Assembly: GCA_965249285.1 (NCBI GenBank)
Contig: OZ252226.1
Location: 1,187,095-1,251,094 of the forward strand
Origin: Candidatus Foliamicus sp.
Lineage (GTDB): Bacteria > Pseudomonadota > Gammaproteobacteria > Steroidobacterales > Foliamicaceae
Reading direction: 5' to 3'
DNA length: 64,000 nt
Every line of letters starts with the position of its first letter. Position 1 is the first letter of the stretch. Both the position numbers and the translations under genes were made by a program. Positions 38,130 to 48,769 of this stretch are shown here, in pieces. Below the pieces are notes generated by a model. It ran no database searches and was not told the DNA's origin. It saw only the letters and a list, made by a program, of their open reading frames with translations.

Positions 38130-39440
38130 ATGATGAATCGCTGCAGGGAATGGTGGACCTTGGATCCCGAGGAGGAGCGGCGAAGCGCCGACAACCCGTT
38201 GACGCCGCTCAGCGACAGCCAGCGCCGCAACACGCTGCCGCTGCTGACACTGGCGTTCGGATGGGGTTTTCTGGTAACCGGATTGCTTACGGGCGGCGCC
38301 CTGGGCAAGGGAATGAGCTTCTGGCCGGATGCGGTGCAGGCTTCCTTTTACGGCAATCTGGCCAACTTCGCGATCGGCGCCGTAGTCGGCTACATGGGCT
38401 ACAAGACCGCCTGCAACAGCGGCCTGCTGTATCAATTGGTATATGGCCGAATCGGCGCCTATCTCCCGGTGCTGTTCATCGCCCTGCTGACTATCGGCTG
38501 GCAAGGCATCGTAGTGGGTGCGTTCGGCTTTGCCTGGGCCCAGGATTTTGATTCCCCGCAGTTCTACACGATTGCATTGCTTGCGGGCATCCTGTTTACC
38601 GCAACCACTTACTTTGGCGTCAAGGCTCTCGAATGGGTCAGCGTGCCCTCCGTGGTCATTCTGGTGGCAGTCGGTCTGTATTCGATCGATTTGAACGTGG
38701 GGCAAGCCGGCGGCTGGGATGCTTTCCTTGCCTTGTCCGCCGACAAGGCCGCAGCTTCGGAGAGCCCGATGAGCGTTCTCGACGGCGTCAACGCCGTTAT
38801 CGGCTCCTGGATCGTGGGTGCGGTGGTGATGGCGGAATACACGCGATTCGCCAAGCGCGCCTGGGTGGCAATCGCCATTCCATTCATCGTGCTGATCATC
38901 GCCCAGTGGTTCCTGCAGATCGTGGGCGCGCTGGGAAGCGTCGTTTACGGCGGCAATGGCGACTTCACTTCCTACCTTCTCGAACACGCCGGTTGGATCG
39001 CCATGCTGGGCGTCATCGGCATGAGCGTAGCGCTTTGGACCACGGGCGACGCCAACTTGTATCTTCCGGTCATTCAGACGTCGAGCATCATGCGCCGGCC
39101 AAGGCGCGTCATGACGATAATCTGCGGCCTGCTCGGAACCATCCTGGGATTGGGGATTTACGAGTATTTCCTGGCCTGGATTGGTACGCTGGCAATAATT
39201 GTTCCGCCGCTCATCGGCCCGGTCATCGCACACTACTATTTTGTCGAACGCGGCCGAATGGACTCCGGCGACGATTCCCGGCTGCCGATCGTCAATTGGG
39301 CCGCGCTACTTGCCTATCCCCTGGGATTATTGAGCTACTTCTTCGCGCCGGAATGGCTAGTGCCCGCGCTGGCCGGACTGGCCGGCTCAATAGTGGCCTA
39401 CCTGCTGCTGCACTACGCCTTCCGCGCAGCGCGAAACTAA
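38130..39440 (+). CDS. NCS1-family (CodB-like) cytosine/purine permease
   Basis: About 12 hydrophobic segments, IGWQGI, WTTGDANLY. Confidence 0.8.
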   Translation: MMNRCREWWTLDPEEERRSADNPLTPLSDSQRRNTLPLLTLAFGWGFLVTGLLTGGALGKGMSFWPDAVQASFYGNLANFAIGAVVGYMGYKTACNSGLLYQLVYGRIGAYLPVLFIALLTIGWQGIVVGAFGFAWAQDFDSPQFYTIALLAGILFTATTYFGVKALEWVSVPSVVILVAVGLYSIDLNVGQAGGWDAFLALSADKAAASESPMSVLDGVNAVIGSWIVGAVVMAEYTRFAKRAWVAIAIPFIVLIIAQWFLQIVGALGSVVYGGNGDFTSYLLEHAGWIAMLGVIGMSVALWTTGDANLYLPVIQTSSIMRRPRRVMTIICGLLGTILGLGIYEYFLAWIGTLAIIVPPLIGPVIAHYYFVERGRMDSGDDSRLPIVNWAALLAYPLGLLSYFFAPEWLVPALAGLAGSIVAYLLLHYAFRAARN

Positions 39441-39446
39441 CTGCCC

Positions 39447-39552
39447 CCCTGGGAAAGAGGGCATCTTGCCCTCCCCGGGAAAGAGGGCATCCTGCCCTCC
39501 CTGGGAAAGAGGGCGTCCCCGCCCTCGCCGAGGGCAGAATGCCCTCGCTCCT
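39447..39552. repeat. Tandem cluster of REP-like units
   Basis: Three c(c/t)gggaaagagggc...gccctc units plus an inverted unit. Confidence 0.85.
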
Positions 39553-39563
39553 TGCCCTCTTTC

Positions 39564-40580
39564 CTAAGCCGCCTCCAGCTCCGGGCGATACTCTCCGCTC
39601 CGAGCCAGGCCATTTAGCCGCGCGCGCAAACCGAAAGCACGCTGCGCATCGGCCAACTGATCCGCCCTGCCCCCCCACGCCGCCAGCGCCGGCGCCTGAA
39701 GCGCCCGCCCATAGGAGAAGGAGACCTGCCAGGGATGCGGCCCGCGCGCGTTCATCGCGCTGAGATGGGCGGTAGCATCTTCGGCTGATTGCCCTCCGGA
39801 CAGGAAGGCAATTCCCGGCACGGCCGCCGGCACATGCGCTTTGAGCACGCGCAGCGTAGCTACCGCAACTTCTTCCACGCCCGCCTGCGCGGCGCATTCG
39901 CTTCCGGAGATCACCATGTTGGGCTTGAGCACAATGCCTTCCAGCTCCACCCGATTGCGTTCCAGTTCGTCGAAAACCTGATCAAGCACCTCGTTGGTGA
40001 CCTGCTCGCAGCGGGAAATCGGATGCGGTCCGTCCATCAGCACTTCCGGCTCCACGATGGGAACCAGGCCGCGCTCCTGACACAGGGCCGCGTAGCGGGC
40101 CAACGCGTGGGCGTTGGCATGCACGCAGCAATCGCTGGGTGCGCCCTCGCCAATGGCGATTACCGCCCGCCACTTGGCGAATTGCGCGCCCAGACCCCGG
40201 TACTCGGCGAGCCGCTCGCGCAATCCGTCGAGTCCCTCGGTCACCTTCTCGCCCGGGCACCCGGCCAGCGGCTTGGCGCCCTTGTCCACCTTGATTCCCG
40301 GAATCATTCCGCGATCCGCCAGGTATTGCGGGATCGGCTGTCCGTTGGGCATGGATTGGCGCAAGGTTTCGTCAAACAGGATCACCCCGCTGATGTACTG
40401 GTCCGCCGATGGCTCGGAAAAAAGCATTGCGCGGTAGTCGCGCCGCAGCGATTCAGTTGATTGCACGCCTATGCCCGCAAACCGTTTGCCAATCGTGGGC
40501 GTGCTCTCGTCGGCCGCCAGGATGCCCTTGCCCGGCGCGACCATGGCTTGTGCCACTGCAGCAAGATTTGCGTTCGTCAT
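39564..40580 (-). CDS. Fructose-bisphosphate aldolase class I
   Basis: GKGILAADES, GIKVDKG, AKWRAV, VEPEVL, LKPNMV, SFSYGRALQ. Confidence 0.97.
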   Translation of the reverse strand: MTNANLAAVAQAMVAPGKGILAADESTPTIGKRFAGIGVQSTESLRRDYRAMLFSEPSADQYISGVILFDETLRQSMPNGQPIPQYLADRGMIPGIKVDKGAKPLAGCPGEKVTEGLDGLRERLAEYRGLGAQFAKWRAVIAIGEGAPSDCCVHANAHALARYAALCQERGLVPIVEPEVLMDGPHPISRCEQVTNEVLDQVFDELERNRVELEGIVLKPNMVISGSECAAQAGVEEVAVATLRVLKAHVPAAVPGIAFLSGGQSAEDATAHLSAMNARGPHPWQVSFSYGRALQAPALAAWGGRADQLADAQRAFGLRARLNGLARSGEYRPELEAA

Positions 40581-40671
40581 TGGCGAATCTCCCAATCTCC
40601 AGTTTTCAATCCGGCGTAGTGTATTCCTTCCCCAAAAAACCCGCCACCATCCCCGCTCCCACGAAACAAAA

Positions 40672-40776
40672 CCGGGAACGAGAGCACCCCGCCCTCCCTG
40701 GGAACGAGGGCATCCTGCCCTCCCTGGGATGGCGGGCATCCTGCCCTCCGCCGAGGGCAACATGCGCTCGCTCCAA
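40672..40776. repeat. Tandem cluster of REP-like units
   Basis: Repeated ctgggaacgagggcatcctgccctc units. Confidence 0.8.
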
Positions 40777-40856
40777 CCCCGAATACGCCTAGGCGATAAT
40801 CTGCACTTCCGGCGATAGCCCGAGACCCGTCTCAATTCCTGCCAAGAGTATTTCTT

Positions 40857-42095
40857 ATGAGCATTACCGTATTTGACAACTGCCGAATATTCGATGGCCA
40901 CGGCCCGGATTACATCGAAGACCACCGGGTGGTAATTGAAGACGGCCGAATCAAGGCTCTGGCGCCAATGAGCGGCAAACCGCCCAACGCTGCACAGGTC
41001 ATTGACTGCGGTTCACGGGTGCTGATGCCCGGACTGATCGATTGCCATTTTCATGCCTACGGCGTGAGTTTCAGCTTCTACGAACTCGACCGGATGCCGC
41101 GCGAGTTGCTGGCCCAACACGGCGCTAAGACGATGCGCGACACCCTACATAGAGGCTTTACCACCATTCGAGATGCGGCTGGCGGCGATATCGGGCTGTG
41201 GATGGCGCTGGAGCAGGGATTGATTGAAGGGCCGCGCCTGTTCTACCCGGGGCGCGCCCTGTCGCAAACCGGCGGTCACGGCGACATGCGCCCCGGCGAC
41301 CAGATCGAAGCCTCGGCCTGTGCTTGCGCCTACATGGGCAGCCTCACCGTCACCGCCGACGGCCCCGACGAAGTACGCAAGGCGGTGCGCGAAGAGCTGC
41401 GCAAGGGCGCGCACCAGATCAAGATCTTCATCTCCGGCGGCGTGGTCTCACCCACCGATCCCTTATGGATGCCGCAATACTCCGACGAAGAGGTCCGCGC
41501 GGCGGTCGAAGAAGCCGCCTCGCGCCGCACCTACGTAATGGCGCACTGCCACACCGACGACGGCGCCCGCCGCTGCGCGGACCTGGGCGTGCGAACCATC
41601 GAACACGGCTCCGAAATCCTCGACGACACGGCAAAGGCCATCATCGATGCCGGCGCCTACGTAGTGCCTACGCTGTCGGTGATGCACGTCATCCGCGACT
41701 ACTCCGATCAGCTCGGCCTGCCGCCCAGCAGCTACGGCAAGATTCTTCGGGTGCACGAAACAATGCTCAGCGCCATGGAGACCTGCGCCCGCCACGGCGT
41801 AAAGCTGGGCCTAGGATCGGACCTGCTGGGACACGAGTACATGAAACTCCAGGGCTCGGAACTGGAATACCGCGGCGAAGTCCACTCCCCACTTGAGGTG
41901 CTGCGCTCAGCCACGTCGATCAACGCCGAGATTCTGCGCGAGGAAGGTAATCTCGGCTGCATCGCGCCCGGCGCGCATGCCGACCTCCTGGTGCTCGACG
42001 ACGACCCGCTCAAGAACCTGGGCCTGTTCCGCGACGTCAACAACATCCCCGTCATCATGAAAGCCGGCGAATTCGTCCGCCGCACCCCTTTCTAA
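40857..42095 (+). CDS. Metal-dependent amidohydrolase (prolidase-like subgroup)
   Basis: PGLIDCHFH, IKIF, MAHCH, TIEHG, LGSD. Confidence 0.9.
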   Translation: MSITVFDNCRIFDGHGPDYIEDHRVVIEDGRIKALAPMSGKPPNAAQVIDCGSRVLMPGLIDCHFHAYGVSFSFYELDRMPRELLAQHGAKTMRDTLHRGFTTIRDAAGGDIGLWMALEQGLIEGPRLFYPGRALSQTGGHGDMRPGDQIEASACACAYMGSLTVTADGPDEVRKAVREELRKGAHQIKIFISGGVVSPTDPLWMPQYSDEEVRAAVEEAASRRTYVMAHCHTDDGARRCADLGVRTIEHGSEILDDTAKAIIDAGAYVVPTLSVMHVIRDYSDQLGLPPSSYGKILRVHETMLSAMETCARHGVKLGLGSDLLGHEYMKLQGSELEYRGEVHSPLEVLRSATSINAEILREEGNLGCIAPGAHADLLVLDDDPLKNLGLFRDVNNIPVIMKAGEFVRRTPF

Positions 42096-42110
42096 CCTGG
42101 TGTCCAACTA

Positions 42111-42595
42111 GCGCGCATATTGCATGAGCAAGGTGGGCAAGGTGTTATCTTCTCGATATAATTCAGTGTGTTACAGCACTTTCGAGAGGCACCTTGCCCG
42201 TGACAGATTGTATCCAAGAACAGTTCTCGTTTCCACGCTGTAAGGGACGACGGGTGGAAGCCCGTTTTTCCGGCGGCGACATCACCTCCAATGGCGGCGT
42301 TTTGCTATTCCGTCAAGCCGACCGGATGTTGGGGTTAACCGAGCGGGTGGCCCAGGCGCTTATTGATCCGCGCCGCCGGGCCAGTTGCCGCCACGATGCC
42401 TTGGCGATTGTTCGCCAGCGGGACTATGCGCTGGCGCTGGGGTATGAGGACCTGAACGATCACGACGAGTTGCGCCAAGATTTGGCGCTGCAGACGGCGG
42501 TGGACAAAGATCGGGTACTGGCGAGCGCCTCCACCCTGTGCCGATTTGAGAAGCGGGCCGGCCGGGAGGAAGCGGTTCGCCTGCACGAGATGTTA
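42111..42595 (+). mobile_element. IS1380-family 5' fragment
   Basis: Left IR gcgcgcatattgcatgag; FSGGDITSNGG, LGYEDLNDHD match the copy at 45259; sequence diverges at about 42595. Confidence 0.88.
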
Positions 42596-42686
42596 GAAAA
42601 GTCAAGCCGCCTGAGGACAGCCGCCTGAGGCCGCAATTCCTTTTTGCTGGATAATCGCCCTCTTTTGTGTCGCCGAGGAGACAAGA

Positions 42687-43088
42687 ATGCAAAAATTGAT
42701 GGGATGGCTGACGGTTGCCGACCGTGTGGCCAACGCCTCCTGTTCGTGGGCCGCGCAGACGGTTCACGCACATGGTTGGGAATTGACAGACCGAGTTTTC
42801 AAGTTGCTGGCGTGGATCGTGGCGGCGAGTTACATTAAAACGATAGCCCACGAAAAGGATGACCTGTTCTTGGAGTTTGTCGCTATGGCTCTCGCTGGCC
42901 TGTTTGTCTTGGCTGTCCTGTCGCAGAGCACGAGGCTCCTGGTCCCTTTACAGGACCGCATCATTGCCCACACTAAATCACCTGTTATTCGATGGTTCCT
43001 GGGCGGCTTGCTTACGAGCGGTCTGCTGTTGCTGATTATTGCCGCAACGGTTTATTTGTCTGGGGAGATTAGCGCGCGCGTCAGCTAG
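42687..43088 (+). CDS. Hypothetical membrane protein
   Basis: Three hydrophobic segments; no recognised family. Confidence 0.45.
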   Translation: MQKLMGWLTVADRVANASCSWAAQTVHAHGWELTDRVFKLLAWIVAASYIKTIAHEKDDLFLEFVAMALAGLFVLAVLSQSTRLLVPLQDRIIAHTKSPVIRWFLGGLLTSGLLLLIIAATVYLSGEISARVS

Positions 43089-43674
43089 CCCGGTCGGCGG
43101 CGCGTTTGGCGCGTTCGGCTTCTTTCTCGGCCTTCTCTGCGTACTTAGCGGCCCGCTTGGCTTGGCTCGCTGCATGCTCGGCGGCTCTGGTAGCGCTCTC
43201 CGCTGCATCTTTAGCGTCGTGTGCTGCCTTGCGGGCAAACTCGGTTTTTGCCCTGAATGCCCAATTATCGGCATCCGACGCGCTTAGATCAACGAGAAGC
43301 GCGTAGCCGGAAGCCAGTTCTGCGTTCTCCGCTGCGTCATTGGCTTGCTTGGCTGCGAGTTCTGCGTATTTGGCAGCGTATTCCGCCATCTCTGCTATCA
43401 GAGCATATGAGCCGGGCCTTTCAGCCGCCTCGCGAGATTCAGATGCCTTCAAATAGGACTCCCCCGCACTGTTTGCGTTTTCCCAAGCAAGTCTGCTCTG
43501 TTCCCACGCGTCATCCGACATGTGTTCGGCCTTGTGCGCCTCCACATAAGCCCGAAATTCGTCCTCTTCCAGAGCGAGACCGGGGACGGCCAGCGCCAGC
43601 GACGCGGTCAGCGCCAGCGCGGCAGGCCAAACGCGCCCCAAGCTCTCCGGGCCGACTTCGTTTCGGTCAGTCAT
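43081..43674 (-). CDS. Hypothetical secreted Ala/Glu-rich coiled-coil protein
   Basis: Signal-like WPAALALTASLALA; AAE/AAK periodic repeats. Confidence 0.55.
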   Translation of the reverse strand: MTDRNEVGPESLGRVWPAALALTASLALAVPGLALEEDEFRAYVEAHKAEHMSDDAWEQSRLAWENANSAGESYLKASESREAAERPGSYALIAEMAEYAAKYAELAAKQANDAAENAELASGYALLVDLSASDADNWAFRAKTEFARKAAHDAKDAAESATRAAEHAASQAKRAAKYAEKAEKEAERAKRAADRAS

Positions 43675-43980
43675 GGTTGCGTTTTCTCCGTTTCGGTCTG
43701 GCGGAATACGCGGCTAAGGCAGCCTGATATAGTGTTTTTCCCTCAGCTCAGGTGGACCGATTCCGGGGAGAATATCACGGCCTAACAGAGAAAACCACTG
43801 ATTTTGCACCGGAAGTCGGTGTTCTATTCACATTCTGATTATCGTTGTGAAGTGGAGCCCAAAATTTGTACCTCCACTGCTCTAAAGTTTGTTTACAGGT
43901 TTCAGCTTCCTGCTAGCCTATTATGATCCATCAAATACCGCGAAGGTAAATTAACATTTGAGTCGCCATCTCATTCCCTC

Positions 43981-44253
43981 TCAGAACAAATCCAAGCCAT
44001 TGCTGGGGACTCTAGGGCATTCTTTCCCGTTTGCCCTTTGCTGATTGAGCCAAGAAGTCAGTCGCTCCCTGTTGTCATCGTCCCAAGTGTCCGCCTCTCT
44101 TCGGTTGCGGATCAAATCCCGCCCCCTTCGGTCAATTGAGTATTTTCCTCCGGCTCGTGGAGAATCAAAATACTCAATGTTGCCATCCGAGGCGGGTTGA
44201 GATTTGATGTGGGTTGCTGGCGCACCCCATATTGGACATTTTGGTTGAGACAT
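43981..44253 (-). CDS. Small hypothetical protein in an AT-rich patch
   Basis: MSQPKCPIWGAPA...SPRAGGKY; no family assigned. Confidence 0.4.
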   Translation of the reverse strand: MSQPKCPIWGAPATHIKSQPASDGNIEYFDSPRAGGKYSIDRRGRDLIRNRREADTWDDDNRERLTSWLNQQRANGKECPRVPSNGLDLF

Positions 44254-44344
44254 AGAAACTTGAACCATCCCGGAATTTTCGGAGACTCTTTGTTGTGAGT
44301 CAGGCCACCTTGGCCCACTCTTGATTTTGATCATACTTCAGTTC

Positions 44345-44590
44345 TTTCTCGGGCCGGCGGCATGTCGCCGATCGGTTCGAACAGGCGCCGATGATTGAAC
44401 CAGTCGACCCATTTCAGCGTGGCCAACTCGACCGCCTCAAGATGGCGCCAGGGGCCGCGCAGGCGGATGACTTCGGCCTTGTATAACCCCGATGATCGTC
44501 TCGGCCAGTGCGTTGTCATACGAGTCCCCGACGCTTCTGACCGAGGGCTCGATGCCGGCCTCGGCCAACCGCTCCGTATAACGGATCGAA
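44345..44590 (-). mobile_element. IS3-family transposase C-terminal fragment
   Basis: GDSYDNALAETIIG(L)YKAE, WVDWFNHRRL. Confidence 0.85.
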
Positions 44591-44599
44591 AGATTCGGC

Positions 44600-44899
44600 T
44601 TCCACGTGCGCTTCCCACGCCGAGAAGAACGTCTCGTCCATCGCGGCCAGATCACGGAAAGGCCGGTTGCAATACTCGATGATGTTGGCATGGCCGAGGT
44701 GCTGATCCGACCACACCCACGGATCGATCCCCTCCGGCAGATGCCCGGACCGCCATCGGGGCAGGCCCTGCGCCAAGGACTTGACGGACCGCGGAACGCC
44801 CCGCCGCTTACCGGCATCATCCACGCGCGGCGCAACGAGCTCGCGCGCGTAGGCTCTGCGCAAGTCCTTGTATGTCGGCATGTGCTGCGGGTTTGTCAT
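44600..44899 (-). pseudogene. Calcineurin-like metallophosphoesterase N-terminal fragment, cut by the IS3 remnant
   Basis: WSDQHLGHANIIEYCNRPF motif, then fusion to IS3 sequence. Confidence 0.7.
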
Positions 44900-45258
44900 G
44901 GGCGGAAATTGTACTTTTCGGTCTGTGCCGGTTGGGCTATGTCCAGTCGCGCGGCGAGGCCGGAAACACCCTTTGCAGGGGCGTTCCCTTGGCGCCGAGC
45001 GTTTCCGGCGGCCAGGAACGGTCGGGATCGGGAGTGGCGCGAACCGCGTCTATGGCCTTGCGGATCCACCGCTCGCGTTCGCCATTCGCAAACCGGATCC
45101 TCGCGCATCGCCGTTTTCCTGTGTTCCGCCGGGCCGCTGCTGCCAATTGGCAAAGCCCTTGCGGCCTTAGCCCGGATAATGCATAAGTAAAGAGGGCAAG
45201 GCCTTTGATATTCGATATAATTCAGTTAGTTACGCTGATATCGAAAGAGACCTTGCCC

Positions 45259-46572
45259 ATGACAGATTGTATCCAAGAACGGCTGCCGTTTCCACGCTGT
45301 AAAGGACGCCGGGTCGAGGCCTGTTTTTCCGGCGGCGACATCACCTCCAATGGCGGCGTTTTGCTATTGCGTCAAGCCGACCGGATGTTGGGGTTAACCA
45401 AGCGGGTGGCCCAGGCGCTTTCCGATCCGCGCCGCTTAGCCAGTTGCTGCCACGATGCCTTGGCGATCGTTCGCCAGCGGGTCTACTCTTTGGCGCTGGG
45501 CTATGAGGACCTGAACGATCACGATCAGTTGCGCCGGCATTTGGCGTTACAGACGGCGGTGGAGAAGGATCGGGTATTGGCCAGCGCCTCGACCCTGTGC
45601 CGGTTTGAGAAGCGGGCTGGCCGGGAACAAGCGGTTCGCCTGCACGAGGTTCTGTTGGAGCAGTTCATCGCGTCCTACCCGCGCCCGCCGCGGCGTTTGG
45701 TATTGGACTTTGACGCCACCGATGATCGGGTGCATGGGCAGCAGGAGAGGCGGTTTTATCACGGCTATTACGACGCCTACTGTTTTCTTCCCTTGTATGT
45801 GTTTTGCGGCGACCGGCTGCTGGTGAGCTACTTACGGCCGAGCAAGATCGATGGGGCCAAGCATGCCTGGGCGGTATTGGCCTTGCTGGTCAAGCGGCTT
45901 CGGCGGGCCTGGCCGAAGGTCAAGATCGTGTTCCGCGGCGACAGTGGCTTTTGCCGCTGGCGGATGCTTCGCTGGTGTGAGCGTCATGGGGTGGGCTACA
46001 TCGTCGGGATCGCCCGCAACAAGCGCCTGAACGCGCTGTCCAAGCCCTTGCGGAACCAGGCTCACGATGAGTTTGAGCAAAGCGGAGACAAGCAACGCCT
46101 GTTTGATGAGTTCTTCTATGCCGCCCAGACCTGGGAGAAGCGGCGGCGGGTGATCGTCAAGGCCGAGCACACCGCCCGGGGATCCAACCCGCGCTACATC
46201 GTCACCAACTTGGCGGGATCGCCGCAGCACTTATACGATGCGGTGTATTGCGCCCGCGGCGACATGGAGAACCGGATCAAAGAGCAGCAGCTGCATCTGT
46301 TCGCCGACCGCACCAGCTGCCACCAGTGGTGGCCCAACCAATATCGGGTGTTGTTGTCGGCCTTGGCCTATGTGCTGTTGAATACCATCCGCCGGATCGC
46401 ACTGGCCGGCACCGAACTGGCCCGCGCCTATGTCGGCACCATCCGCCTTAAGCTGCTGAAGATCGGCGCCGTGGTGCTGCGCAATACCCGACGCGTTCAG
46501 TTGTTGCTGTCCAGCGCCCATCCGTATCAGGAGTTGTTCTTCCTGGCCGCTGCCCGGCTCAAGCCCGGATAA
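45259..46572 (+). CDS. IS1380-family DDE transposase
   Basis: LDFDATDD, RGDSGF, RGDMENRIKE. Confidence 0.95.
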   Translation: MTDCIQERLPFPRCKGRRVEACFSGGDITSNGGVLLLRQADRMLGLTKRVAQALSDPRRLASCCHDALAIVRQRVYSLALGYEDLNDHDQLRRHLALQTAVEKDRVLASASTLCRFEKRAGREQAVRLHEVLLEQFIASYPRPPRRLVLDFDATDDRVHGQQERRFYHGYYDAYCFLPLYVFCGDRLLVSYLRPSKIDGAKHAWAVLALLVKRLRRAWPKVKIVFRGDSGFCRWRMLRWCERHGVGYIVGIARNKRLNALSKPLRNQAHDEFEQSGDKQRLFDEFFYAAQTWEKRRRVIVKAEHTARGSNPRYIVTNLAGSPQHLYDAVYCARGDMENRIKEQQLHLFADRTSCHQWWPNQYRVLLSALAYVLLNTIRRIALAGTELARAYVGTIRLKLLKIGAVVLRNTRRVQLLLSSAHPYQELFFLAAARLKPG

Positions 46573-46768
46573 CAACGTATCCAGTCCGTCTGTCGCCGAG
46601 CTTGCTCCAAGCTCTCGGTTCGCTCGCCCCGATGCCGCACAACGGCCTCATCCCGAGGAAAAACACAACGATCCAGCGCCTCTCGCGCCCTGCTCAAGAC
46701 GTCTCCGGACTCGTCCCGCCCAGGTAGCGCCGAAAAACCCCTTCTTCCGCGCGCCCTCAGCGCGCTCA

Positions 46769-48756
46769 GTAGAGTCGGGGGCTGGCGCGCCAGTGTTAGG
46801 GTCCGGTGGCTGTTCCATCGCTTTCGCTCTGGGCCTCAGTCCGGCTCCCATAACCGCGTTTCCAGGCCCCCGCTCATCAAACCGGACGTGCGGTTTTCCC
46901 GCATCCGGCTTTCCGACGAGATCATGCCTTCGCCCACGGAAGGCCCTTGGTCGTTGGCCCAAGGCGGATAAGGCCGTAGTGCGCCCACAGCCGTTCGTTC
47001 GGAAAGCGCACATACTTCCCGCTCCTCACCTTGTGCTTCCGACACAGCCATTGTCGCAGCCGCTTCGTCGCGTGAGCATCGACCGCGCAATACGCCCGGC
47101 TGACCTGGCCAAGCCGAAAATACTGGGCCCAACCGGATAGCATCCGGTTCAGCCTCTCTACGACTTGCTCCGGGTCCTTCAGACCATGGCGCGATTCGGT
47201 TTGCTCACTGATCTTGCGGCAGATGCTTCGGATGCTGGCCTGGCTCGGCCGAGTGCCGATATAGGCCCCACCGCCGTTCGGACGGTAGTTCCATCCAAAA
47301 CGGTAGCCGAGGAACTCCATGGGTTCCGCCGGACATCGTAAGCATCGGGTCTTTTGCGCGTTGATCGGAAGCTTCAGCCTTTCCATGAGACGGGCGACAC
47401 GCGGCAGCATTTCCGCCGCCGGAGCCTTACCCAATACACAAAAGTCATCCGCATAGGACACGACCTCCGCGCACAAGCGCGGGGCAAAACCCCGCTGCTC
47501 CCAACCCAGTATGAAGCGCCGCATGTAGAGGTTGCTCAGCAGCGGTGATACCGGAGAACCCTGGGGGGTCCCCTTCCGTTGCTTGCGCGACCGGTGGGTC
47601 AGGCGCTTGCCGCCTTTCCCATCGTCCTCTTCAACCGCCATCTCCAACCACGCCTTGATGAGTCCGAGCATCTTGCCGTCGCTCACGCGACGCGCGACAC
47701 TCCTCATCAGTTCCGCATGGGGGATCTCGCCGAAGTAGTTGGACAAATCGCCATCTACCACCTCATGGTAGCCCCTGTTCAGGAGCCGGTGAATGCGCTT
47801 GACCGCATCCAGGGCGCTTCGTTCCGGCCGATATCCGTATTGCTCCGGTCGCAGGTCCGCTTCGAATATCGGCGCCAGCACAAGCAGGGCCGAAGTCTGT
47901 GCCACCCGGTCCCGGATCGTCGGGATACCCAAAGGCCGAAACTTGCCAGGTTGCTTCTTCGGGATCAGTACCTGTCGTACCGCTGCCGGTGCGTAGGTTC
48001 CGTCCCTCAGATCCCGCGACAGTTCCCCAAGCCACCGCTCCACGCCCTGCGACTCAATGTCCAGGAAACGCTCCCCGTCGATGCCAGGCCGACCGCCATT
48101 ACGGCGCGCCATAACCCAGGCCTCCAACAGAAAGTCCTTCCGCCAGACCTTGTCATACAAGGCGTGAAAGCGACGCTCGGGTTCTTCCTTCGCTTTCGCA
48201 TGTAAAACGATCTGGAGGTTCCGAACCCGTTGTGACCCTGTTAGGCTCGCGCCAGTGGCCATGCCTTGTCTCCTTACCGTTTCCCTCTCGAAGTCAGGCC
48301 CCTTTCCTCAACCGGCATTACCCGGCGTCCTCAGTCCTACGGGCCTGTCCGCCACCCTGCCGGCCCGGCCTGCCCCTCACGAGGGTCCGGTGGGTGCGTG
48401 CACACCTCCGACAGGGTTTCCCGTGTTGCTACGTCTTCCCTCTTCCGCACATGCCAGCGCCACTACCCCGGCGGGTACGTCCCGGTGCGCGCGTCGCTTT
48501 GCTTCCCGGTCCGTCATCGGCCTTCCCCTTATTGCAGGAGGGTCGGCTCCCGCATCGCCCTTTTCGAGGCCTGCTCAGCGTTCACTCGCGTTCCGGCCTG
48601 TACGGTCGCTGAGCTGCTCAATGCAGCCCTTTGTCACCGAAGTGCTTCAGTCCATGTCGTTACCTCCATGTCCCGCTCCGGCTGCTACCAACCGAAAACG
48701 ACAATGGTTGGGCGGGATTCGCACCCACCAGGAAAACGCGCCTTTCCACGGCGCAC
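46769..48756 (-). mobile_element. Group II intron (copy 1)
   Basis: 5' GTGCG at 48756; domain V GAAAGCCGGATGCGGGAAAACCGCACGTCCGGTTTG; 3' end ...CTCTAC at 46769. Confidence 0.92.
46922..48262 (-). CDS. ltrA: Group II intron reverse transcriptase/maturase, no endonuclease domain
   Basis: RPLGIPTIRDR, GTPQGSPVSPLLSNLY, YADD, domain X GWAQYF; ends at 446 aa. Confidence 0.95.
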   Translation of the reverse strand: MATGASLTGSQRVRNLQIVLHAKAKEEPERRFHALYDKVWRKDFLLEAWVMARRNGGRPGIDGERFLDIESQGVERWLGELSRDLRDGTYAPAAVRQVLIPKKQPGKFRPLGIPTIRDRVAQTSALLVLAPIFEADLRPEQYGYRPERSALDAVKRIHRLLNRGYHEVVDGDLSNYFGEIPHAELMRSVARRVSDGKMLGLIKAWLEMAVEEDDGKGGKRLTHRSRKQRKGTPQGSPVSPLLSNLYMRRFILGWEQRGFAPRLCAEVVSYADDFCVLGKAPAAEMLPRVARLMERLKLPINAQKTRCLRCPAEPMEFLGYRFGWNYRPNGGGAYIGTRPSQASIRSICRKISEQTESRHGLKDPEQVVERLNRMLSGWAQYFRLGQVSRAYCAVDAHATKRLRQWLCRKHKVRSGKYVRFPNERLWAHYGLIRLGPTTKGLPWAKA

Positions 48757-48769
48757 TGCATTATCCGGG

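Noticed and set aside
39447-40776. Tandem 25-27 bp repeats as a CRISPR array
   Set aside because: Units abut with no unique spacers, are palindromic, match the dispersed REP-like family, and no cas genes are present.
43847-43870. gtggagcccaaaatttgtac, resembling the IS3 left end at 49084
   Set aside because: Single short degenerate end with no partner or transposase; too weak to call.
48537-48560. ATGCGGG next to EBS1 as an EBS2 pairing with CCCGCAT in the IR
   Set aside because: It overlaps a segment that is probably structural and would pair with bases already used by EBS1; cannot be assigned without folding.
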